Program-made: the position numbers and the translations under genes
The notes under the pieces: generated by a model
What the model was told of the DNA's origin: nothing
Seen by the model: only the letters and a program-made list of their open reading frames with translations
Databases searched by the model: none
NCBI GenBank assembly: GCA_030704615.1
Contig: CM060731.1
Span: 59,892,001 to 59,956,000, forward strand
Length of the DNA stretch: 64,000 nucleotides
Source of the DNA: Takakia lepidozioides
Taxonomy: Eukaryota; Plantae; Bryophyta
Reading direction: 5' to 3'
Shown: piece by piece, positions 50,690 to 62,899 of the stretch
Layout: each line of letters starts with the position of its first letter
How positions within the stretch are numbered: position 1 is the first letter of the stretch

Positions 50690-52387
50690 CAATCAGGAAT
50701 ACCTCTCATCATCCAGTCAATCCCGGATACTTGGAAACTAATACTCAAAGATGGCCCGGACCCTCATAGACCACATCAATGGATTCTTCCACAAAGTCCA
50801 TCTTTACAAGTCATCTATGTTTCTGAAGTCTCTCTATCTATGATCTCTGGTTACAGATTTCAGGCTCATGAACTTTTTGGCAACCTCTCCCTTACTAGCT
50901 CAGACATCATGTCAATTCCAAATCAGGAAGCCATCCTTGCTAGAATCTGCCACTGGTCTTCACCGGAAAAAAACTTTAATTCTTCTGTCCCAGGGGGCAT
51001 TCCCCTGTTTATATGGCTCAGGAAAGAATCATTCACTCTGGTTGGAAACTCGGGCATCGCATCCTTGCAATTAGACCCTGCCGACTGGCAGTGGACAATC
51101 AATGGCGAGATTCATCCTCTCTTCTCATACTCAGCTCGGCAGGATTACAAAGCATTACTTCGAACCAGACCTCTCACCACAAAATGGGAGGGCAGATGGA
51201 ATCATGAGAGATTCAGCGAGGAAAATTGGAAGGGAATCTGGTCAGTAGTATGGGAGAAGAAAAAACCTGCCAAGATAAGTGCCTTTATGTGGCAGATAGC
51301 CAACAGAGTCCTCAAGGTGTGCCAACACATTAATTTAAACTTCAATGCTGCTACCCTTTGTGGATGCTGTCCAGACCAAACAGTAGAAACCCAGGAGCAT
51401 TGTCTCCTCTAATGCTTAGCACCGAAGATCATTTGGCCCTTGGTCCAAACATTCTACAGAAACTGGGAGCCCTTCAACCTTGGTTCCGTGAAAATCCTCC
51501 TCAACTACAGTCAAACAAGGAAAACAAGAGCTCAGGACTGCCCGGTTTTTGAAGTGCTAAGATACTCAGTTCTCTGGAACATATGGAAGGGACGATGTGC
51601 ATGGATCTACAACAAGGAAAATACATCCGCAACTGCTATTTTGACTCTTGTCTTCTTTGATCTCAAAGTAGCAGCTAAAAAAGAGTGGGCTTCCTTGTGT
51701 GCAGAGGCTGCCAGGAAACCTGAGCGCCAACCTGCACTACTCCATGTCTTCCAGACAACTTGGGCCCACCTCGGAATCATTTGCTCCTTATGATCTCTCC
51801 TATATTTGGACAGAGGGCATCCCCTCATACTGGGAAGGACACAGATGACTGCTCTTCAGCATCCCCAGAATTTGAAAGATCGGAGATCAACTGGAAGCAT
51901 GTCAAGTCCTCCTCAGCAGCGCGCTTCCACTTCCACTGTTAGAATTATTATTTCTCTACTCTAATCCCATCCCCCAGTTTGGCCCACTCTCGCCTCTCTC
52001 TGTCCTGCTTGCTCCTTCTTCACCATCCCCCTTCGCTATCACCCCGTTCCGTCGAACCCCCAATCCTACCTTTGCCAAGCATTCTTAGGGCTAGAGTCCT
52101 CTTCTAACCCTCTTCCCTCCCACTTGCTAAATTACACTCTTATCACCTTAATGCTACACTCCACCCGCATGGATATTCAGCCGGGTCTCTCCACACTTGG
52201 AGTTTCTAGTGATTTAATCACGTCTTATGGTGTCTTCTAGTTATAGTTACTAGCTCTTCGTTATCTGGCACAGCCTCCTGTGTGACATGCCTTATGGCAG
52301 CCTTTGACAACCGAGGGTTTTAATTTTTTCAATAATTATAAATAAAGTTCGAGCAGGGCCTCAGACCCTTTCAAAAAAAAAAAAAAA
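50690..52387 (+). mobile_element. 5'-truncated L1-clade LINE related to the element at 32150-40447
   Basis: KPAKISAFMWQIANRVLKV, CGCC..ETQEHCLL*C, shared INWKH C-terminus, poly(A) at 52373-52387. Confidence 0.9.
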
Positions 52388-52895
52388 CTTAGTGAAACGT
52401 TGATTTTGAGTCATGCAAGTTCTCAAAGATAAATTTTGATTCATTGCTTCATAATAATAATAATATTTGATTTGATTTAAATACATAATTATACTAAGTT
52501 TTGTCTGAATTTAAGCCAAAAGTTCAAAATTAGTTTAAATCGAGTTCTAATTCGATTGTCCAACCTAATCCCATTCAACGTTTGGGAACTTGCAATACAT
52601 TGGTTCATGGTACTAATATATTTTAAGCATGGTATGGATGTTTAATTTTTAGTTGTATATTATCTTCTTGAATGTTATATATATGTCATATTGTATCCAT
52701 CAGTTTATTTATAACTTGATTTATATCTACTGTTTTATGATACAAAGTATGTCATTTGACTTACATATCGATGTTTACATGAATTGAGTTGTGCAACTTA
52801 AATGATTCAATATTCAATACCATTATTTTTTAAATCTGAATTAATTTTATTAAAAGAGGTGTCATCGCTATAGCCCTTGCTATGAGAATAGAACA

Positions 52896-52967
52896 AGACG
52901 GGTTGCTTAGTGGTAGAGCACCCCACCGGAAGGGGGGAGGTCCTAGGTTCAATCCCTAGCCCGACCA
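52896..52967 (+). pseudogene. tRNA-like sequence (pseudo-tRNA or SINE head)
   Basis: D-arm GCTT-AGTGGTA-GAGC, perfect T-arm CTAGG-TTCAATC-CCTAG, canonical spacing; acceptor stem 5/7, anticodon loop CCGGAAG lacks U33. Confidence 0.7.
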
Positions 52968-53059
52968 CACGCCATGGTTTTCCATCATGGCCACATATTA
53001 AAGGTGATATTGGCTGTAGCACAAGTGGCGAAGCACATATATGTAGTCGCATGGTTTGC

Positions 53060-53520
53060 TCATTGACCAGCTGCTTCCGAGGCAAAGCTTCATATCCTTG
53101 AGTGATGTATAGGACTAGATCCTCTATGAACTTCAGCTGCTGCAAATCACACTTCTTGCAGGATTTCTCAGTGCCAAAACACTGACTTATGGACGATGGG
53201 GTGACATGTTTCTGCTTCTTACTCTTTTTGCTACCAAAAATCCCCTCAGCAGTCTTGGAAAATTCCTTATATTTCCTCACATCCTCCTCATGCTTGTTAA
53301 CTTAGATGCTTCTTCATGCCGGTGATACGATGGTTAGGATTGTACCTGACTATGCCTTTCCTCGATCGAGTCGGCGACTTAGCTCGGTGGGGGTGGCAAA
53401 GAGTGCAACGCATTGTCTGAGCTTCTTTTATGTCCACATCCATGTCTGGGAGGTGTCTGGGTCACCCAAACGAAAGAAAGCCCACACTACCGAGTTCCTA
53501 TGATATGGCACCCATTAAAA
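53060..53520 (-). mobile_element. hAT/BED-finger transposase remnant
   Basis: WVPYHRNSVVWAFF, KGIVRYNPNHRITGMKKHL, QQLKFIEDLVLYITQGYEAL..PRKQLVNE; frameshifted. Confidence 0.6.
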
Positions 53521-54489
53521 TTTTGCATTTACCTTCAAAGCCTCAAGTCACACGTAAGCCATTCCACTTCTGCCTCCTGGGACAATATGACATCCACCAT
53601 GGACAAGGCACCCTGCACTTCATCGAGGGTCGTAGTATCATCGTCATCGCCCTCGGAACTGAAACCTGCAGTGTCAGCAGCACTTGAAGCAAGGATCAAG
53701 CACTAACGACGACATGGCCACCAAACAGAAGCAACAACAGTCCAAAAACTTGAAACTCTAAGTAACACCAATATCCTAAAATGCCAGATCTGAACTCTGA
53801 GTGACAAAGGGAACACAAAGACATTGCAACAGCTAAAGAATGGAGAATGGGGGGGGATGTTTGTTCCATAGTCTGTCTTCACCTTGCATATCAGTAGAAG
53901 ACATTTTTTTATTTCACTTCAACCAGACTTCAGATAATATTTGTTATACGGGAGTGTGAAGGAATGTAGGGAGTACAGGGCCTACTTATTGCAATCTCCC
54001 AATTGTTGGCTGAGGCATGAGTATTAATTTGTAATAAATCGTCTCATTTTCAGCTTCAGCAGGTTGTGAAGAAGGACCAGGCACCAACGAGGGCAGCAGT
54101 TAAAACCAGCCTGAAACGACCGGGCCATACAGCAGAATGGGGTACATTACATATACCCTTGCAAGCTGGCTATACATATAGATCTTTTAGAGCATGTTGT
54201 TATGTGTATTTTGGAAGCAACTAACTGAATTGTCAAACTCTAGTTTGTGGCATGTCACGAAAGGAGATGCAGTGTTGCTTATGCAGACGGTGTCCACAAG
54301 CTGCAGGAGCAGGAGCAAACCACTTTAACTGCCTTCAAAAACATTTGAGGTTCTTGGCATCACCATAACGGAGGCATAAGCTCACCATGGAGGGGACTTA
54401 TGGGCTCGTCGCGGGTGTCCGATGTGAGACAGCTGCAATGCAATTCTCTCTTGTACACTTACCACCAGCTATATATCAAAAATCTTTTA

Positions 54490-56453
54490 ATTGTGCCTCA
54501 AGCGCCCAAACAACTGAACATTCGGCTCAGCCATCGGAAGTCTCTTGATCGACGCTCGTCCCCAGGAACTGCAAGCCGAATGTCTGTTTGGTTTTGGTGA
54601 CGGAGGCTTGGAGGCGGACGACTGTATGAAACTGGAATCAGTATTTTCATTGCCACCAATTTGTTTTCCACGGAATGACAATTCTTCACCATTTGCATCG
54701 ATGTAGACTGTAGAGTTCTCCCCAATTTCGTCTTTTAACACCATCTTTGATACATGTGTCACTACCTTCCGTTCCAGACACCGCCGTGATGGATATGCAC
54801 CAGACGCCTCCAGCAAATGAAATAACATATTGATTGAAACTTTATTCACTGACAAATTACAGACTGTAAACCCACTATGAATATCAGTTCCTAAAGCATC
54901 TAGATCAGTAATATGCCGACTCTACATAATATTTTCAATTTAACGAAGACAAATTAGACTTACAGGATCATAAGACTCAGCCACCAAAAGCTCGAGTGCA
55001 GCATCAGTGATATCCAGGAACACCCCACGTTCTTCAAGGCGCCCAACAACGTCTTTCATGTGCAACGATATCACCTTGCGCAGGAGCTGCCGGGAGAACG
55101 GGTCAAAGATGACGATCTCATCCAATCTGTTCAATAACTCTGGCTTGAAATTTCTCTTCACCTAGGAACCCACCGTTCCAATATTGGTCAGCCATTCAGA
55201 TCACAGATTCTAGGAGTACAGGCAGAGACAAAGATTTATTAAACCAACATGAGATTTCAAAATTTATCACTATCTGATCTAAAAGCTGCAGTAAATCACA
55301 CAAGGCATGGCCTACCTCCTGCATCACTTTTTCGCGCGCAGCATTCAGGCTGTGCATCTCACTCAACCCTGGAGGTAAATGCTCTGCACCCAATTTGCAT
55401 ATCAATATTATGACTGTATTAGTGAAGTTGATAGTGCGACCCTGCCCATCGGGGAGATGGCCATCTTCAAGAATCTTCAACAGGGTATCGTAGATAGCAG
55501 GGTGTGCCTTCTCCGCTTCTTCAAAAAGCACCACACTATAGGGCCGTCTTCTGACTGCTTCTAACAGCCCCACAGCCATGCATTGACCCAGCTTGGTTTA
55601 GTAGACCTTTCAAAGATGGTTGACCAGTGCAAATCAAGGAGGCCAATGAAAGCAGAATCTAAGGGCTGACTTATATTGTGGACATCACATGGACTCATGC
55701 CTCGTTCAGACACCAATTCTAGAGAAAGAATTTAACAGAATGGGAAGGATGTGTGGAGCTGTGTTTGGGACATACACTGGTGAGCCACCTATCAGTTCGC
55801 CAACAGAATGCTGCTCCGTGTACTCCGACATGTAAAGGCGCATCCAAAATATAGCTGTTCTGCCAAAGCCTTCGCCAGGTCAGTTTTACCAACACCCGTT
55901 GGCCCAAGGAAAAGGAAAGACCCCACAGGTTGTTGGGGTCGCCCTGAGTTGGAGCATGATCGAATAACAGCCTCAGCGACCCGCTGCACCGCCTCATCCT
56001 GACCCACAACACGCTGGTGCAGACGTTCTTGTAATCTTCGTAGCCGAATCATCTCATTTTGGCCCCTGTCCATTGGCTCACCACCTGCACGCCCTAAAAT
56101 CATCCGGCCATCACACCCACACTATTTTGTCTTAGTGCTATCACTTTTCATACACTTACAGTGGGTCCATAAAACCTTCTCAAGTGTTTTCACTGTTCCT
56201 TAATGTAGCTCCGTATCTACTTCACCCATCGTAGCAGTATCTATACCCATCTTGGTCAGAGAAGTGGGAGGAAACAATGTCCAATAATCAGTGAACTGAC
56301 CAGCCAAACCACATGAGCTATGAAAAGCACTTACCTCGGCAATATGCTCCTGCCCAACAGTTTCAGTTGTTTCATGTTGTTTTCAGCTGCCTCTCGATCA
56401 TTAATGGCTGAATCCAGCTCTTGAAGAGCACCATATCTCAGGGCAGAAGCTCT
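54490..56453 (-). pseudogene. HSP101: HSP101/ClpB relic, copy A (end of middle domain + NBD2 + C-terminus, introns retained)
   Basis: RASALRYGALQEL; [36 protein letters not shown]; [10 protein letters not shown] (after deletion/frameshift); AVRRRPYSVVLFEEAEKAH (Walker B DE->EE); FKPELLNRLDEIVIF. Confidence 0.9.
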
Positions 56454-56459
56454 TGAATG

Positions 56460-58100
56460 AGGAACGATAATATAGTAAAACATTAAGACATGTATATATG
56501 AGAAACTAGATCAAACTTACTCAATAAACTCGCTTCAAGAATTGGTATCTTGAACCTCCTGATCCGACCACCCGCAAGCTCAATTAATCCTTTCTATCAA
56601 AGTTGTGTCTATCCGGCTCTAATCCTTGATCCGAAGCCTCTAAGACAACTCATATTTCGAATCTTCACCTTCCATCCCAGGCTATATAAGCTTTCCAACA
56701 TCTCTTATTAGACGCCACGTCCTACAGGCATCCATAATAATCACAACCACAAATGTCAATTGGTGAGAACTTCCTGGATCCAACAATACCTTCTCCAAAT
56801 TAACCGGCTATGATTAGGAGTGCCCATATAATATATTCAAGGGCTAAATCAATCAATTGCTATAAGTAAAATTAGCCCTAAGTTTCCTTGGAATCCTCTG
56901 TCAAGGGACTTGTCAAAATCCAGCCGCCAAATCTAGGGAGGTAATCTAGTGGCTCCATTCAATTGGTCTAGGTTATCATGTATACGGGGCAGTGGGTGCT
57001 ATCAGAACTATGGGAGTAGCCAGGGAGTAGCCCAAGGAGAAACAGAGGGTCTAATAACACAGGCGCATCCAACATTTTCTTGATCTCCTTTTGAACAGTA
57101 GCCCTTTCTCTTGCTGAATATTGTCAGATTGCGTTTAATGCAGGAATGAAGCTTACCACTCTGAAATTCTGTCAAGTCACCTGCCTTGCAAGATTTGTTG
57201 AAAGTGAACTTCCTGATCGGTAGTGAGGGGAGTTTCAGGATAGGAATATTGGCAGCAATACTGGTTAATGCCAAAAGTCTATCCAGTGGAATATCTGTCA
57301 ATTCTATGTCTCGAAGGTGCAAGGCAGCCTCCACCGAAGAAGTCTCATCAATAGGCAGTACTGTCAATTTAGCCAAAACCTGACCCAGTTTGCAGATTTT
57401 CACATCCATCCTCTCAAAATTAGCTATTAAAATTTTGACTTTTCTCCAAAAATGTATGTCAAACATCCCTAAAGCAACAAGACAAAGCTTCAGAAGACAA
57501 ACGTGTCCAGGAATGCTCTTCCATTAATCTACATATGAACGCTAGACCTGTAGGCACGATGACTTGCAGGGACACGCGGAAGCAAAATGATATCCAAAGG
57601 AGCATGAAGCGAAATAGTGTTGCTTTGTATGGGTAGAGAAGCTCCTGGTTTCTTACCACATCTGCCTTTGATGCAAGAATGCAGCAGAGTCACCATGGAA
57701 TCCAAAACATTTGGTCCAATTGCAGTGGTTACCTACCTACTCTCGGACCTTCTTGGAACTGACTGCCTGCATGATAATTGACCAATAGTGCCTCCAGCCA
57801 TCATGGGGATTTCATTTAAGTCAACAGTACACAAGACTCCCCCTTCATTTCGCAAATTCATGAAGTTCATCAGTAAATCAATAGTCGTCCCCGCAGCTCA
57901 AAGTAAGCAAGCCTATGGGTTCATTATACACACTGCCATCCGCTATAGTAACCTCAACACCTTTAGCAGAGGAGAATTTGAGTCCCAAAACCTATACTGC
58001 ATGAAGCGGAATAGCAGAAATCGTGCAACCAGTATCCACCACACTCTGAAAGGAATTCACACATCCACACAAAACTCCACTACAAGAGCACAAGCTCCCA
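56460..58100 (-). mobile_element. Degenerate Ty3/gypsy pol remnant interrupting the HSP101 relic
   Basis: Retropepsin VVDTGCTISAIP..LGL..VEVTIADGS (DTG at 58036-58028); RT ITSLDLAAGF*QVP at about 56945-56905. Confidence 0.7.
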
Positions 58101-58473
58101 TAGTTTATATAGGTATAACATCAAAACAATCAGGTGGCAGCCCCAGTGGCCGCCCAGATTACAAGCTTCACAAGTACACATTCACACCAACTGGACTGGT
58201 TAGGTTATTCCAGAGGAGCCTTGGATGACTGGTCCCCTTGGACCGCCCAAATCGTCGCGAGTGAATGGCAAGTTGAATTCCCATTAGATCTCACCTGAAT
58301 CGCCCCATTTATCCTCCTGCAAAGAAAATTCGGTTCCAAAGCCTAGTGAAATCAAGAGGGATATGCCATGCTAAGGTACCTTGGATGATTGACATCTTGG
58401 GGTCAGGCGCGAAGTAGCCAACTAAAAATGAGTTGCTAACTAACTCCTACAACACAACAGCTCCCTCCCTGGC

Positions 58474-58570
58474 TTTCTTTTCTTTTTCTCTCGAACAGGG
58501 GATGGGGAGGCCCTAAAATTTGACTTAAGAAAGTGGTGGAAAAAATAACCACCAGCCACCATGAAGGCTT
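58474..58570 (-). mobile_element. LINE 3' terminus on the minus strand
   Basis: Reverse complement reads GCCTTCATGG..GGTTATTTTTT..AGGGCCTCCCCATCCCCTGTTC..GAAAAAGAAAAGAAA. Confidence 0.6.
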
Positions 58571-60279
58571 ACAGTGAGAATAGTATCCCGCAACAAAATA
58601 TCAATGAAAACAGGACGAATTCTTAATGTTTTTAATGAGGCCAGGAAACATAAGGCAGGACTAGGAAAGAAGCTAGAGAGGAAAATGCCGGAAGTAAGGG
58701 GAGGAAGGAGAAACAGAAGTGGGTTTCAATCAAACATGCGATTCAGGTTGAAGATAACCTCTGATTAGAATCACTGTCACTCTAAAGGTACACCTGTCAT
58801 CACAAAACGCAACTGTCAAATGCACAATTGGGGTTCCAAAGATGGATGAACAGTTCTCTTCTGATTGGCTGTTAGAAGAGCACCGATCCCCAGTCATCTT
58901 CATGGCCAAAAACATGTTTGAAACCCACTATGAACGTCCAGGATAGAAGAGAATCCCCACCAAGGTGGAATCGCTGACCCTACAAGGGTCCAGGTTCCAA
59001 TTCCAAAGCCTTCACAATATGAAGAGCTACATCCTGCGGTCTAAATTCTACCGCTATGGTTGGGGTGCTCTGCTGCGGCTCCACAGCTCTTCTTATCCAC
59101 AGCTCTGCTTACCAATAGAAGATCCCAATTCAGCTAATATACTCCTTCACTAGGTCCACTCAAGATCCAGGTACTCCGCTACTTAAAGCATTGTAAGGAC
59201 TAAGGACCATCAAACATGGAGCAGGATAAGAACATGCATACAATGCGCAGTTCTTTCAGTTCAAAATTGCCATAAAGAAGGGTTGGATGTCCTTCCCCAC
59301 CATCATCAAAACATACATCATCTCATGAGTCGAAATTAATCTAACTCAGCTGTCTTAAGCAAGCTAACAACAAATCATCATCACTTGCTTTAGTAGTACA
59401 TTTTTATACTTACAACTGCTATTGGTGTTCAGTTTCACGACCGACATCGTAACCAAAAGTCTTGCATGAGGACACTATCTGACTCTATCAACAATTTTGA
59501 CAGATAAAACAGCAGCATCCTGCAATGCTGGCTTCTATTATACAAACCATATTTGGGCTCTTGTTGAATTGTTTGAAGTCCAGAAACTTTCTAGCGTCAA
59601 GATAGCTTAGTCATGCTTGGAATCTTGCTCATGAGTTGACAAATATTCCAGAGTCTCATCCCTTTTGCTGTTTATAAGATCGCGAGTGCTTTTCTGCCGA
59701 TCCAGATTGGGCGTAAGGGTCTGACCCTCCGAGTCGGTCGCAGCTGCTCGTTTCGTCTCCCCTCTTTGAGTGTGATCCTCATCGATTGGAGACTCCCCTG
59801 CACTATCCTCCGCCCTCTCATCCGCCCTCTCCTGGGCAAATTCGCAATGGCGAGCTCCTCGGTAATGCCTCACCTTAAGTTCTTCACCTATGCTTGAAAT
59901 TTGGAAGGGTAAAAATTCCTGGAGAGTGGGGCCAATCTGCAAGCAAACCGGAGTGGCTGATGACCTAAATTTTACTGCACTCAGAGCCTGTGTCCAGTTG
60001 ATGGAGGACGTATGTAGGAACTTGTGTGTATTGACAACCATTAGCATACCGCAACAACACGGGAGTCAAATGTTCTCGGCTCAACTAAAACATGGTTACA
60101 AGACTTTCGGATCCAAGAAACGCTGCTGACAAGGAATCTCCCGAGGACGAGGCATGAGGGCAGATGTCCCCACACTTTGCACTCGACTCTTCGAATCTTC
60201 CAACAATACTCAGACCTTCATAATTAATTGGAGTGCTTCAGCACCGCAGATTCAATGGCATAAACGCGCGTCTTGCAGC

Positions 60280-60870
60280 TGCCTTGGGAGGTCCCTCGAC
60301 AGCTGTAGTCTATTTCCGGCGTTCCTTTGAATGCGCAGAAAATCCGAATGTAAACAATACAAATCGATTTGATTGCCCGAGACGATTCCCAGCTCAGATA
60401 ACGACCCAATGCTTAAACTGCCCGCTACTTCTAACTTGTCTGCAATCTAAAACTTCATCTGCAGCGGTTAAAGTGGAAACAGAGTGTGCTAGCCGGGCTT
60501 TCTATTGGCAGGAGAAGCGATTGCACACCACAGGATATGCTAAATCCCATCCCCTCTCTTTCGTAGTTCACGCAGTCTCCCCCTTCCAGCCCCATGGTAT
60601 ATCGGTGAAAGTCTGTACATCTTCAACCTCCCAGCCACTATTGGCGCTAGCTAATAAAGTTTGTACCACTTACCAGGCTTTCTGCCACGCCCACCTCCTT
60701 CAAGGTACCGTGGCCTGCCGAGTGCTGTGATGCTGCAGTCATCAACCATCTGCGCATGTGCAATCCTAAGCAGCCTCCTGCCGGTGCCATAGCTCCTTGA
60801 AACTCTGAGACCTTGAACGACTGAAACACCGTTCTCTCAACAGCGTGACCGCCTTCAGCACCAATCGTCC
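60280..60870 (-). pseudogene. Highly decayed HSP101 N-domain/NBD1 start, probably the 5' part of copy A
   Basis: GAEGGHAVERTVFQSFK, LKEVGVAESLV, ALGRYL, IRIF, TAVEG occur in the expected order; similarity weak. Confidence 0.45.
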
Positions 60871-61323
60871 TAACACTCTCTACTTACGTTCCAAAAACAC
60901 AAACGGACAGAACCACACAAAACCGCTGCGGCTTTCGAGGCAATTCAGATTCTCGACTCCTCCGTCCTCGAGAGATTCGATCAATATCTCTGGAACAGCG
61001 CAGACAAACTCGGAAAGAACTTGGAAAATCAAGAGCGAGCTTACACTTCTACACGCACAGGATTTCCAGAAGAATTCCTTGTATTCTCGTCGCATTAGCT
61101 CCTGGAATAGAATTAGCATTAGGGTTAGGGTTAGGTTAGCATCTACATTTAGAGAACCGACAAAACAGCCATCTGATAACGTGGCACAACGCATGCGCAC
61201 CACTTGTGCACCACGTGGACGAATTAGGCTATGTGCCAAGTATACTATGCCTGAAATCCCACTTATGGAAGATATTATTAATTAGCGGTGTTTAGAGATA
61301 TTCTCGTGAATGTACCACAACCT

Positions 61324-61398
61324 AACAGCGTAACTGGATTTGAACCCAGAGTCACCTCGGTGGCACTCAGCGCTCTATCCAACTGAGCTACATTCAAC
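61324..61398 (-). pseudogene. tRNA-derived sequence (Pol III A/B boxes; SINE head or pseudo-tRNA)
   Basis: Reverse complement TAGCTCAGTTGGATAGAGC..CTGGGTTCAAATCCAG; acceptor and anticodon stems do not pair. Confidence 0.65.
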
Positions 61399-61779
61399 TT
61401 AGTATTTGTACAAATATTGGCTTTCCTCGACCAGGAAAATAGACAGAAAAACAAAAAAAGAGTAGACCCGTCAGAACGCTCGCCGCCCATCACCACCCGC
61501 GGAATGAGCGGGTGGGACGTTCATCGGGCCGGGGGCTCCGGCCAAGGCCGCAGCATCCCGGCAGCAGTCGCGCTCAGGGCGGCAAGCCACGGCTCATCGT
61601 CCGGGCTGTGAGTTTTGTCTGAAACGGAACTCTCAGATCGAATGTACGCACTATAGAACAGATCCTGTTCAAGTATAGTCGTAACAGTCAGCTGTTTGTT
61701 GGTGTATTTATACTTGCGCTTACTTTCCGTGCAAACGATATGGGACTAAACTTTCTACGATGTATTTCACCAAGCTTGA

Positions 61780-62605
61780 ATAGCCCCCACTTTAGCCTGT
61801 GTTTCTGTGAGTCCCCTCCCTCACCTCGTCTCGTCGTGCTGGTCGCCATGAAGGGTAGCAGTGTTGGTGAGAGAGCATGCGATGGAGAACGCTGGTCGGG
61901 GGTTGCAGTGGTACTATACATTGTTGGTGCTGGAAGGATGGAGCTGAAATCAACTCATCGAATTCTCACAGTGTTTAGAGATGGTGATTGCAGTTCAGTA
62001 CAGATCCAGCAAACTGAGCTTCTGCTGGGGCAGGCCAATCCACCCGCAAAGCCTCCCTTTCTGTCGATTCTGTCATTTCTAATTGCCAATGTAAGTACTA
62101 ACCTGTTGATCTCTGTTTTTTTGCTATGGCAAGCATCGATTGGTCTCGCTATCTTGTGTTGCAAGAAGACGACATATGAAACTACAATAGTATCAATGTC
62201 GCTGAAGTACACTTTCAACCTTGAGTAATGAAAGACTCCACCAAGGTGGGAGGCCTCTTCAATGACTTTCCATGGCTTGTTCTGACCTTGGGTCCATTTT
62301 GCCGTATCTTTTGAGCTCTGCTCCAAAAGACAGCATCCTCTTGCTCAGGTCCTTGTACCATGCCAAAGAGGGCTGCAGGTCTTTTCTGTTCTCTGTACCT
62401 TGAGATCCTGAGGCGTCCCATCGACGTACCAAACCACTTATCTTCTGCGGTTGTTTATTCTAAATCTCCTTTTTCCGAGAAAGGTCTGAGTTGTAGGCAT
62501 GTTGTCCATCAGCAATCAGTACATCAAACTAGATTGTTCTTTGGTTGTGCACAAGCAGATTGGCAATTGTGCGAGTTTCCATACTCTGGAGGGCAGAAAC
62601 CCTGC
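61780..62605 (+). repeat. Paralog of 17635-19400; probable 5' region of the downstream PPR locus
   Basis: Collinear homology; shared donor AAT|GTAAGTACTAAC; lies directly upstream of PPR motifs. Confidence 0.8.
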
Positions 62606-62899
62606 ACAATCGATAACGGACTCACGCTTTTATTGTATGTTTCGCTAAGCTTGCCCCAGTTTCGCCTGTAGGTTTTGCATCACCCCTTCGTGCATTTAGT
62701 GGTGGCACCAAGGTAATACGTTTTCTCTGTTAATCAAAAGGGGAAATAGTTTTGCACTAAAACTCTTGATGTGGGGGGCCTTGCGTACATCTGTTCATAG
62801 AAGAAGTTTGGTAGTGAGGCGGACATCAGTGAAAGGAACAATCTTGTGAGCACCTTTGTCAAGTGTGGACGACACAAAGTACTGGCAAAACAGTCTAAT

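Noticed and set aside
57680-57697. CA-TGGTGACTCTGCTG (minus) as a tRNA-Arg PBS
   Set aside because: Lies downstream of the protease motif within pol, the wrong position for a PBS
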